From Bdellovibrio sp. (GTDB lineage Bacteria; Bdellovibrionota; Bdellovibrionia; Bdellovibrionales; Bdellovibrionaceae), in the NCBI GenBank assembly GCA_014376435.1, contig JACMRL010000022.1, positions 44,634-108,633 of the forward strand: DNA of 64,000 nt. The letters run 5' to 3'. Each line of letters opens with the position of its first letter. Within the stretch, counting starts at the first letter, position 1. The notes under the pieces are model-generated. The model was not told the DNA's origin. It worked only from the letters and a program-made list of their open reading frames with translations, and ran no database searches. Positions 35,469 to 42,885 of this stretch are shown here, piece by piece. The position numbers and the translations under genes were made by a program.

Positions 35469-38381
35469 ATGAAAAACTTAAAGATATTTATAGCGCTTTT
35501 TGCGACCGCGGTCACGATTAAATCATCAACGGCTTTAACGGCTGATCCGGTTCTTAAGAACTTTATCGATCAAAAAAATACGCTGATTGCCGACGCTCGG
35601 CAAATTACTTTTGTTGGACCCCGCTCGGGCGAAGGCTATTTCAGTGCCGACGGTAAAAAAATGATTTTTCAATCCGAGCGCGAGCCCGGGAATCCTTTTT
35701 ATCAAATGTATATTTTAGATTTAAAATCTGGCCAAACTTCTCGCGTCTCCACGGGGCAAGGTAAAACCACTTGTGGTTGGATCAAGCCTGATATGAAAAA
35801 AGTAATGTGGTCATCAACGCACTTAGATTCAAAAACAAAAGAAAAAATCAAAGGCGAATACGCCGCGCGCGCAAAACCCGTCAAGGGCCGTTACTCGTGG
35901 AGTTTCGATGATCAATTTGATATTTTTGAATCTGATCTGCAGGGTAAAAACGTTAAACGTTTAACTAAAGAACTTGGTTACGATGCAGAGGGTTCTTATT
36001 CTCCGGATGGTCAATGGATTGCTTTTGCTTCCAATCGCTCGTTATACAGTGATCAGTTTACGGAAGATGATAAAAAAGTTTTACAACGTGATCCATCTTA
36101 CGCGATGGAAATTTACATCATGAAAGCCGATGGCACGCAAGTTAAGCGTTTAACAAATTCTTTGGGCTATGACGGCGGACCTTTTTTTAGCGCGGACGGA
36201 AAAAAAATAACGTGGAGACGTTTTAATGCGGATGGCTCAAAAGCTGAAATCTACACAATGAATGTGGATGGTTCTGAACAAAAGCAAATCACCAGTCTTG
36301 GTTCAATGTCGTGGGCGCCATTTTTTCATCCGTCGGGTAAATATATAATTTTTGGCTCATCCGTTTTAGGTTATTCAAACTTTGAATTATTCATCGTGGA
36401 TTCTGAAGGAAAGCAGAAACCCGTTCGCGTGACTTTTGCAGATGGCTTCGACGGATTGGCAAGTTTTTCGCCCGATGGCCAAACTTTAACTTGGTCACAC
36501 CGTAATGAAAAAGGTGATAGCCAAATCTATTTAGCCTCTTGGAATCATGATGAGGCCTTAAAGCTTTTAAATTTATCTGATGCAATTTCGCCCGAGCAAT
36601 TAAGGCTGGGTTCCGATATCAATGAAAAAGACGTGCGTAATATCGTAAGCTATTTAGCCTCTGAAAAAATGCAAGGACGCGCGACAGGTTCTGCGGAAGA
36701 AAAAATCTACAGCACAGAAATCGCAAGGTTATTTAAATCTTTTGGATTAAGACCGGCATTTGGCGATGATTTCATCCAAGCCTTCGAATTTACTTCGGGA
36801 GTTTCAGCTACCGAAAACAATACGGCCGAATTAAAAGGTCGAACTCAAACTAAGTTGAATCGCGGTGATGATTACCAAGTACTTTCCTATTCTAAAGTGG
36901 GAGATTTTCAAGCTTTACCGATTGCTTTTGCCGGATACGGAATCGTTGCGCCCGCAACCGATAAGTTACCCGCATACGATTCGTTTAAAGAATTAGATGT
37001 AAAAGGAAAATGGGTTTTGGTATTGGATCATATTCCAGAACTACCGTCGCAAGAAATGAAACATAATCTTTTAAGTTATTCTCGTCCCCAGCATAAAATT
37101 ACCGTTGCTAAAAACCGCGGTGCCGCGGGCGTTATTTTCATTTCAGAAACATCTTTAAAAGATTTAAAGTTCGAAGGCAGTCTTTCAGAAAGCACTGTAC
37201 CGGTTATAAAAATTTCATCAAAAGTGATCGATCAAATATTAAAAAGTGCAGAATTAACCAACGGAATTAAATCTTACGATGATTTAAAAACACAATTTGA
37301 AACTTCAAAACAAACGGTGGGTTTTACTTTCAATTCAGAGTATTTAAGTGCACGCATTGATTTAAATTTTGAAAAATCAGTCGGGCGTAACGTGATTGCG
37401 GTTTTAGAGCCAACTAAAAAAGCTAAAGCCTCAAAAGCCATTTTGATTGGCGCTCACGGTGATCATTTAGGTTTGGGCGAGCGTACGGGTTCATCACTGG
37501 CGCGCGCTAAAGAAAAATCGAAAATTCATTTTGGCGCTGATGATAATGCTTCGGGCGTAGCGGGCGTGATCGAGCTTTCGAAGTATTTTTCGGAAAAACG
37601 GAATGAAATTAAAAAACCGATGTACTTTGCCGTTTGGTCCGGTGAAGAAGTGGGTGTTTTAGGTTCAAGCCACTTTGTCAAAGTTTGGAAAGAGCAAAAA
37701 AAATCTGAATTTAGCCAAAGCTTCGAAGCGGGTTTAAATATGGATATGATTGGCAGATTACGTGATCAGTTACAAGTGCAAGGCGTGGCTTCCGCGAAGC
37801 AATGGGTGGGTCTAAGTGAAGAAGTTGCTTTAATCTCGGGGGTTCCCTTAGCCGTCACTGCAGATCCTTATTTGCCGACCGATGCGATGAGTGTGTACGT
37901 AGCCGGTGTGCCATCAATTTCATTTTTTACGGGCTCGCACGAAGAATATCACACGCCACGTGATACGGCTGAAACTTTAAATTACCCGGGTTTAGTTCGT
38001 AGTATTGGTGTGGTAAAAACTTTTGCCGAAAAGCTTGTGACAGTTTCGACAACCGTAGTGAAATACGAAAAAGTTGAAGGTAACTCTGGTCAAAGAATGG
38101 AAGGCCGTAGCTTTCGTATTTACCTAGGCACGATTCCCGATTACAGCCAAGAAGGTGTTAAAGGAGTTCGTGTTTCAGGGGCTTCTAAAAATTCTCCGGC
38201 TGAAAAAGCCGGGGTCAAAACGGGTGATATTATTATTGAGTTTGCTAAAACAAAAATCGAAAATTTATACGATTATGTTTATACATTACAGGCCGTTAAA
38301 CCAAATATTTTAACCAAGATGAGCGTCATGAGAGACGGAAAAAAAATCGATTTAGATATTCTTCCGTTATTAAAAGAGTAA
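35469..38381 (+). CDS. multidomain secreted peptidase: TolB-like beta-propeller + M28 aminopeptidase + PDZ
   Basis: 970 aa with a signal peptide. PD40 repeats (YSPDGQWIAFASNR, FFSADGKKITW, FSPDGQTLTW), M28 motifs (HGDHLG, GADDNASGV, SGEEVGVLGS) and a C-terminal PDZ (SPAEKAGVKTGDIIIEF). Confidence 0.75.
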   Translation: MKNLKIFIALFATAVTIKSSTALTADPVLKNFIDQKNTLIADARQITFVGPRSGEGYFSADGKKMIFQSEREPGNPFYQMYILDLKSGQTSRVSTGQGKTTCGWIKPDMKKVMWSSTHLDSKTKEKIKGEYAARAKPVKGRYSWSFDDQFDIFESDLQGKNVKRLTKELGYDAEGSYSPDGQWIAFASNRSLYSDQFTEDDKKVLQRDPSYAMEIYIMKADGTQVKRLTNSLGYDGGPFFSADGKKITWRRFNADGSKAEIYTMNVDGSEQKQITSLGSMSWAPFFHPSGKYIIFGSSVLGYSNFELFIVDSEGKQKPVRVTFADGFDGLASFSPDGQTLTWSHRNEKGDSQIYLASWNHDEALKLLNLSDAISPEQLRLGSDINEKDVRNIVSYLASEKMQGRATGSAEEKIYSTEIARLFKSFGLRPAFGDDFIQAFEFTSGVSATENNTAELKGRTQTKLNRGDDYQVLSYSKVGDFQALPIAFAGYGIVAPATDKLPAYDSFKELDVKGKWVLVLDHIPELPSQEMKHNLLSYSRPQHKITVAKNRGAAGVIFISETSLKDLKFEGSLSESTVPVIKISSKVIDQILKSAELTNGIKSYDDLKTQFETSKQTVGFTFNSEYLSARIDLNFEKSVGRNVIAVLEPTKKAKASKAILIGAHGDHLGLGERTGSSLARAKEKSKIHFGADDNASGVAGVIELSKYFSEKRNEIKKPMYFAVWSGEEVGVLGSSHFVKVWKEQKKSEFSQSFEAGLNMDMIGRLRDQLQVQGVASAKQWVGLSEEVALISGVPLAVTADPYLPTDAMSVYVAGVPSISFFTGSHEEYHTPRDTAETLNYPGLVRSIGVVKTFAEKLVTVSTTVVKYEKVEGNSGQRMEGRSFRIYLGTIPDYSQEGVKGVRVSGASKNSPAEKAGVKTGDIIIEFAKTKIENLYDYVYTLQAVKPNILTKMSVMRDGKKIDLDILPLLKE

Positions 38382-39113
38382 TTAAAATTTTAAATCAGGA
38401 CATTTTTGCGTAAAGAATTTTTGTAAGTCAGCGCCCTGATATTTAAAACCGTAGTTGCCGTTGGCGTAACCTAGAAATTCCTTGTTGGTCAGTGAGCATG
38501 ATTTGCTTGAATTCGCTGAATGAATGATTGATTTATTATTCGCATGATCAAATCCGGTTCCACCCATTTTAAATCCGCCATCGACCCAAAAACCACGGGC
38601 CGGCATGATTTCGACTCCGCCTTTATTTTTTGGGGATAAAGGAAGTTCGGTAAAAGTGCCGGGAGTTAAACTTACGATTGAAAAATCAACCGCCGATAAT
38701 CTTAGCTCATGACCAGAAACCATTTTAATCGTCACATCATCATTATCTTCGATTGAGTAGTCAGGATAGTCAGTGATTAACGGGAAAAGAAAATAATCGC
38801 GGCTTGAGGTCGTTTTTGATGGATCACCATCACCATAAGAATTGAATACCATCAATTCGCCCGAATTTGAAAAATAATAATCGCGGTATTTTAAATCAAT
38901 AATATTTCGCGGGGTGATTGATAAAAAACAAACTCGTCTTTCTACGTCCCACTGCCGATTGATTTGGATATTTCCAGATCCCGTTAGTACATGTTCACAT
39001 TTTGCATTGGTGTAGGCCGCGTGCGCTTTGCTGCTAACGAACTGTGAGCCTAGAAGTATCGCCAATGTAGCCAGCGTAGCGGATGTAATTGAGCTTCGTA
39101 GTGGTATATTCAT
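38382..39113 (-). CDS. secreted hypothetical protein
   Basis: 243 aa with signal peptide ...LGSQFVSSKAHA. Confidence 0.5.
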   Translation of the reverse strand: MNIPLRSSITSATLATLAILLGSQFVSSKAHAAYTNAKCEHVLTGSGNIQINRQWDVERRVCFLSITPRNIIDLKYRDYYFSNSGELMVFNSYGDGDPSKTTSSRDYFLFPLITDYPDYSIEDNDDVTIKMVSGHELRLSAVDFSIVSLTPGTFTELPLSPKNKGGVEIMPARGFWVDGGFKMGGTGFDHANNKSIIHSANSSKSCSLTNKEFLGYANGNYGFKYQGADLQKFFTQKCPDLKF

Positions 39114-39230
39114 ATATTTTAGTCTGTCTTTTTTTGTCGCAGTTTGAAACCGACTCTGGTCTAGTTTTAGTCTGCCAAGCCCTAATTAAAATCGACGCTG
39201 TACACACGGAGCCTTAAGGTGATTTTCCTA

Positions 39231-39458
39231 ATGGAAAAAATTGAAATACAAAAAAAATTAGAAAAACGTAAAGCCTACCTCATCTGCATGATTATTTTCT
39301 TGGGGCTTTTTATACCCACGTTCTTATCGATGACCAGTCGCTACGGAGTTTCGGTTCCTCTGCAAGCCAGCTTTTTCTTTATGATCTTATTCGTGATGGC
39401 TATTTTGTATATTAAAGTGCAAAGAATCGAAGCGAAGATCAGTCACCTTCCTAAATAG
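39231..39458 (+). CDS. small membrane protein, hypothetical
   Basis: Track ORF 39219 (GTG) with an ATG at 39231. Two hydrophobic helices. Confidence 0.35.
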   Translation: MEKIEIQKKLEKRKAYLICMIIFLGLFIPTFLSMTSRYGVSVPLQASFFFMILFVMAILYIKVQRIEAKISHLPK

Positions 39459-39467
39459 GCAGTGCAA

Positions 39468-39641
39468 ATGTCGACAGATTATATTCTGGGTGATGATGAA
39501 AAAGAAGTTTTAAAACTTAAACTGCAACATGATTTGCGGCAGCCCGAGCAAGTAAAAGATTTTTTTAACGAGTGGGATTTTGCGAAAACTCACCCCGACT
39601 CCTACTTGGTAGCCCCGGCGGTGACTTCATATCATCGCTGA
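39468..39641 (+). CDS. 57-aa ORF, possible N-terminal remnant of a larger gene
   Basis: Below the track threshold; translated by hand as MSTDYILGDDEKEVLKLKLQHDLRQPEQ.... The first ~22 aa resemble the YxLGxxExExxRLxxQ N-terminus seen in some class-I SAM methyltransferases, but no methyltransferase core follows. Confidence 0.25.
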   Translation: MSTDYILGDDEKEVLKLKLQHDLRQPEQVKDFFNEWDFAKTHPDSYLVAPAVTSYHR

Positions 39642-39651
39642 CAAAAAGTAA

Positions 39652-40197
39652 TTATAAATCAGCATCTGCTCTTTTAGTTTTACATTTTTCTAAGTAATGA
39701 CCCAGTTCAGAGCAGGGAATGCGGCGATGTCCCCCCTCGGTTTGGTAACACTGAATTTGTCCGCGTTTAATTTCGCGGCGAACGGTGTTTTCGGAAACAC
39801 TCATATGTTCCTTTAATTTTACTACAAATTCTGGCAGTGAATAATCTTCTTCCGCTTTTTGTAAACTCTGTTTGAAAGTTGAAGCATCGGGAAGCCATTT
39901 TTTATTCTCTAAATGTTTATCAATATGAATCCACGCATTTTCTAACTGTTCGGCGGCGGCGTGAATTAAATCTTCTGATAAAATGGCAGATTTGCTAGGT
40001 TTGGAAGAAATGGAGGATTTGGAAGAATCAGTCGATGCTTTTTCTGACTGCAGCGGAATGTGTTTAAAATATCCGATGTCGGGAATTGAAAAAACTAAGT
40101 CGTTTGCGACCCTGCGGATCACGATCGGATAATCGAAACTTTTTTGATTTAATTTCTTCATGAAAAAATGATAGCCAAATTCTGCCAAATCTGACAC
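39652..40197 (-). CDS. HicB-like (UPF0150) N-terminal domain fused to an excisionase/MerR-type HTH
   Basis: YPIVIRRVANDLVFSIPDIGYF and LIHAAAEQLENAWIHIDKHLENKKWLPDAS look HicB-like. The C-terminal SVSENTVRREIKRGQIQCYQTEGGHRRIPCSEL looks like an excisionase-type HTH. The start is uncertain (GTG 40197 or ATG 40161). Confidence 0.5.
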   Translation of the reverse strand: MSDLAEFGYHFFMKKLNQKSFDYPIVIRRVANDLVFSIPDIGYFKHIPLQSEKASTDSSKSSISSKPSKSAILSEDLIHAAAEQLENAWIHIDKHLENKKWLPDASTFKQSLQKAEEDYSLPEFVVKLKEHMSVSENTVRREIKRGQIQCYQTEGGHRRIPCSELGHYLEKCKTKRADADL

Positions 40198-40211
40198 GAA
40201 AATTGCAAAAA

Positions 40212-40273
40212 TTTATGCTATAGGTCGAACGCAATATTAGCTAACTATTATTGCGTTCGACCTATAGCATAAA
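40212..40273. repeat. perfect 25-bp inverted repeat with a 12-nt spacer, filling the xis-like/int intergenic region
   Basis: Left arm TTTATGCTATAGGTCGAACGCAATA (40212..40236), spacer ttagctaactat, right arm TATTGCGTTCGACCTATAGCATAAA (40249..40273). It ends 3 nt before the int ATG. Confidence 0.9.
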
Positions 40274-40276
40274 AAG

Positions 40277-41197
40277 ATGGATCAGAATTTTCATAAAAAT
40301 AGGCAACAAATATCCATCATCGATAACAAAGAAGACATCGCGATCATCGGATCGTGGTTATTTCAAAAAGGTAAAAAAACCCAAATCTACTACCGCAGAA
40401 TCGTACGTGAGTTTTTTAAGTTTTATCCAAAGCTTACGATGCGTACCACGCAGATTACTCACTTAGCTTTATTCTTGAAAACCTTTAGCAACTATTCAGA
40501 TTCGACCCGAAACACTTACAAAAATGCCCTTTCATCTTTATTTACTTTTGCAACGAAGACGGGTTATTTAGAAAGGAATCCGGCCTTAGCTTTAGATAAT
40601 TTAAAAACTCCCGATAAAATCTATTCGAAAGTGCTTTCGCGCGAACAAGTCGAACGCATGATTCAGTTAGAAGAAAACCCACGCAATCATTTGATCTTAA
40701 ATATTCTTTATTTTACTGGGGTGCGCGTAGATGAAATCAGTCATTTAAAAAAATCGTCTTTTCATAATTCTGAAAACGGAATGATTATGATGGTGGAAGG
40801 TAAGGGTCGCAAAGTAAGATCAATTCATTTACCTAGCCATTTGTCAGATGCAATTATGCGCTACGCTTTTACATTAGATTCGACGGATTGTTTATTCACC
40901 AATGATCGACTGATTGATTTTGGAATCGAAATTTTTGAACGAAAGCCAATCAGTAATTCGCAAATATTTCGCATCGTTAAAGCCGCTGCTAAAAAAGCTA
41001 AGTTAAGTGTTCAACCTTCGCCGCATTGGCTACGTCATACGAGCGCCACGCACGCGATTGAAGCGGGTGCACCTATTCACGTGGTACAGAGATCACTGGG
41101 GCACGAGTCAATCTCGACCACGGGGAAGTATCTTGACCTTCGTCCTAAGGAATCTGTTGGGGATTATATTGCGCCGTTAAATAAAAGAACTTACTGA
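40277..41197 (+). CDS. tyrosine site-specific recombinase/integrase (XerC/D-like)
   Basis: 306 aa. Catalytic residues sit in FTGVRVDE (R), GKGRK (K), HWLRHTSATH (H-x-x-R), LGHESISTT (H) and GKYLDL (Y). Confidence 0.85.
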   Translation: MDQNFHKNRQQISIIDNKEDIAIIGSWLFQKGKKTQIYYRRIVREFFKFYPKLTMRTTQITHLALFLKTFSNYSDSTRNTYKNALSSLFTFATKTGYLERNPALALDNLKTPDKIYSKVLSREQVERMIQLEENPRNHLILNILYFTGVRVDEISHLKKSSFHNSENGMIMMVEGKGRKVRSIHLPSHLSDAIMRYAFTLDSTDCLFTNDRLIDFGIEIFERKPISNSQIFRIVKAAAKKAKLSVQPSPHWLRHTSATHAIEAGAPIHVVQRSLGHESISTTGKYLDLRPKESVGDYIAPLNKRTY

Positions 41198-41360
41198 TCG
41201 ACTTATTTAAATTTACGAGATTTTCTTGTGCGTCTCAGGTCGAGACAGCTTAAAATTGTCCGTAGGTTTTTAAAACTTTAACAATGTGCTGACCTGCTAA
41301 CAAATGTATTTCAATTCAACCCTAAAAAACCTGGCACTGATTACGCAATCGACTTAGCTT

Positions 41361-41873
41361 ATGAAATGGCGTGCGACTTTCTTAATATTACTATTTTCAA
41401 TCAACAGCTTAGCCAGCGAACTAAAAGTATTTGGTGAAGCGCCAAGCGGTGCTGAAGTCAGAATGCGCATTAGCTACCAATTAAGTTTATCAAGCTTTAC
41501 CTGCACCAGCGTTCGATTGCGAAATTGGCGTATTTCTCCCAAAGTTATTAATTTAGAGTATAAAATGCAAGGCATCTCAAAAGCTTTCTTGATTTCTGCG
41601 CCACTTAGAATTGACGAATGTTGGGCAGAATATACTTCGTTACCTAGTATTCAAGTCAAACTTCCAGGAACTTCGTTTGCGACAGATATTGGTATTAGAA
41701 GCGGGTCGGGTATTGCGACGGGTTCAAGTTCTGCTAATGTGGTTAAGATTCAACGTGTCTTATGCAAAAAAGTACAAACTCAGAAAGGATTAACGACCGC
41801 GTGTTCTTCAACGCCAGTTATGTTTGGTCCGTCCAACGAAGCCGAAATTTTAATTGAAGAAAAGTTAGATTAA
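41361..41873 (+). CDS. secreted hypothetical protein
   Basis: 170 aa with signal peptide MKWRATFLILLFSINSLA. Its stop codon lies in the 9-bp duplicated target of the downstream cassette. Confidence 0.45.
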   Translation: MKWRATFLILLFSINSLASELKVFGEAPSGAEVRMRISYQLSLSSFTCTSVRLRNWRISPKVINLEYKMQGISKAFLISAPLRIDECWAEYTSLPSIQVKLPGTSFATDIGIRSGSGIATGSSSANVVKIQRVLCKKVQTQKGLTTACSSTPVMFGPSNEAEILIEEKLD

Positions 41874-41880
41874 AAATTTA
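41872..41880. repeat. left copy of the putative 9-bp target-site duplication AAAAATTTA
   Basis: Identical 9-mer directly abutting the left TIR. Its partner is at 42877..42885. Confidence 0.65.
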
Positions 41881-41902
41881 GTAAGTGGTGTAAAAAACGG
41901 GG
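41881..41902. repeat. left terminal inverted repeat GTAAGTGGTGTAAAAAACGGGG
   Basis: The reverse complement of 42855..42876 is TTAAGTGGTGTAAAAAACGGGG, so the only mismatch is at the outermost base. Confidence 0.9.
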
Positions 41903-42065
41903 CTTGAGTTTCTCAGTAGAATCAAGGACTTCAAAGCCGATGATAATTTGGACTTAATAGCGAGCATATTGAGTTGTGCTTTTATGACTCTGAACGCAAA
42001 AGCCTAAGCTCATTGACTTAAGTGCTAATAAACCTTAACTATTTCTTGAAATACAGGGGGTATTC

Positions 42066-42455
42066 ATGAAATTAGTTGCCATCATTTTGGCTTTTATTGG
42101 TAGTTCCGCATTTGCTTCTGCCGACCGTTATGACTTACAAATGGATTTATACTTGAATGGAAAACACATCTCATCGCCCAACGCAAATGTTAAGGCTGGA
42201 GAGATTACGACTATTACTCAAAAAATAGACACAAAAGAAATTTCCATTTCATTTTTAGCAAATCTTAGGTCTATACAAAAGATTGACCTTATTTGGATGC
42301 CTTTTTCTGTTCGTATATATGATTTAAACGGTCAAGTGCTTCTGGCGGGAGACCATCAAATATATGCTAAAGAAAATGAACAAATGAATTTCACCGTAGG
42401 AAACAACGGAGATGAAGTTTCCTTGTCGGTTACTGCCAAAAAAGAATCTCTTTAG
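42066..42455 (+). CDS. small secreted hypothetical protein (cassette passenger)
   Basis: 129 aa. RBS GGGGG before the ATG, signal peptide MKLVAIILAFIGSSAFA, followed by an intrinsic terminator. Confidence 0.55.
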   Translation: MKLVAIILAFIGSSAFASADRYDLQMDLYLNGKHISSPNANVKAGEITTITQKIDTKEISISFLANLRSIQKIDLIWMPFSVRIYDLNGQVLLAGDHQIYAKENEQMNFTVGNNGDEVSLSVTAKKESL

Positions 42456-42483
42456 TTTTCGTCTTAAGATTGATGACTGAATT

Positions 42484-42512
42484 AGCCCGCCAATGAGCGG
42501 GCTTTTTCTTTT
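42484..42512 (+). terminator. intrinsic terminator
   Basis: The stem AGCCCGC (42484..42490) pairs with GCGGGCT (42497..42503), with loop caatga, followed by TTTTTCTTTT. Confidence 0.8.
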
Positions 42513-42554
42513 GTGAAATCTTCAGAATCGGGACTTTTTCCATTTAGTCCTGAT

Positions 42555-42779
42555 ATGAGAAATGCCCAAATTGGAAACCCAAATGTAATTGTAAGAGACC
42601 TGTCAACAAAAGATGATTACTTCATTGATGAAGTTGTTATTCCAGCAGATGAGCTGACTCTTGACGGTATATCAGAACGTGAGCTTGAAGACTTTATTTT
42701 GTATTGGAGAACTACTTTTGAAACAGTAAAAGTGGTGGAATTTTCCCCCTGTTTCAGGGAAGTTGTCTCAAGGTCATGA
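42555..42779 (+). CDS. small acidic hypothetical protein (cassette passenger)
   Basis: The track ORF starts with GTG at 42513, directly on the terminator T-run. The ATG at 42555 (MRNAQIG...) is more plausible. No signal peptide. Confidence 0.3.
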   Translation: MRNAQIGNPNVIVRDLSTKDDYFIDEVVIPADELTLDGISERELEDFILYWRTTFETVKVVEFSPCFREVVSRS

Positions 42780-42854
42780 GATTATTAATAATCGGTTTAT
42801 TTAGTTCCTATCTACACTTAGACAATTTCCTGTCTCAAAATTAGCCTTTAAAAA

Positions 42855-42876
42855 CCCCGTTTTTTACACCACTTAA
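42855..42876. repeat. right terminal inverted repeat CCCCGTTTTTTACACCACTTAA
   Basis: Reverse complement of the left TIR with 21/22 match. Confidence 0.9.
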
Positions 42877-42885
42877 AAAAATTTA
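42877..42885. repeat. right copy of the putative 9-bp target-site duplication AAAAATTTA
   Basis: Identical 9-mer directly abutting the right TIR. Confidence 0.65.

Larger units (their letters stand above)
39652..41197. mobile_element. recombination module (xis-like HTH gene divergent from a tyrosine recombinase) of a probable integrated or degenerate element
   Basis: Based on gene content and arrangement. The flanking ORFs are short orphans. The element boundaries (att repeats) were not found. Confidence 0.5.
41881..42876. mobile_element. 996-bp transposase-less cassette (MITE / mobile-insertion-cassette-like) with terminal inverted repeats
   Basis: 22-bp TIRs with 21/22 match, flanked by the identical 9-mer AAAAATTTA on both sides. 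Carries two small ORFs and an internal terminator but no transposase. Confidence 0.7.

Noticed and set aside
39508-39518. 11-nt match TTTTAAAACTT (also at 41268..41278) as candidate attL/attR
   Set aside because: It is a low-complexity AT-rich word of the kind expected by chance in this composition. It does not extend beyond 11 nt and would exclude the downstream orphan ORFs from the element.
40251-40466. 71-aa ORF overlapping the integrase start in another frame
   Set aside because: The integrase frame carries all the tyrosine-recombinase catalytic motifs. The alternative frame starts inside the inverted repeat and has no support.
40277-42779. Integron hypothesis (integrase followed by small promoterless cassettes)
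   Set aside because: Integron cassettes lie upstream of, and divergent from, intI, next to attI. Here the small ORFs are downstream and co-directional. I saw no attC-like R''-L''/L'-R' sites between ORFs. At 306 aa, the recombinase shows no obvious room for the extra IntI-specific insertion.
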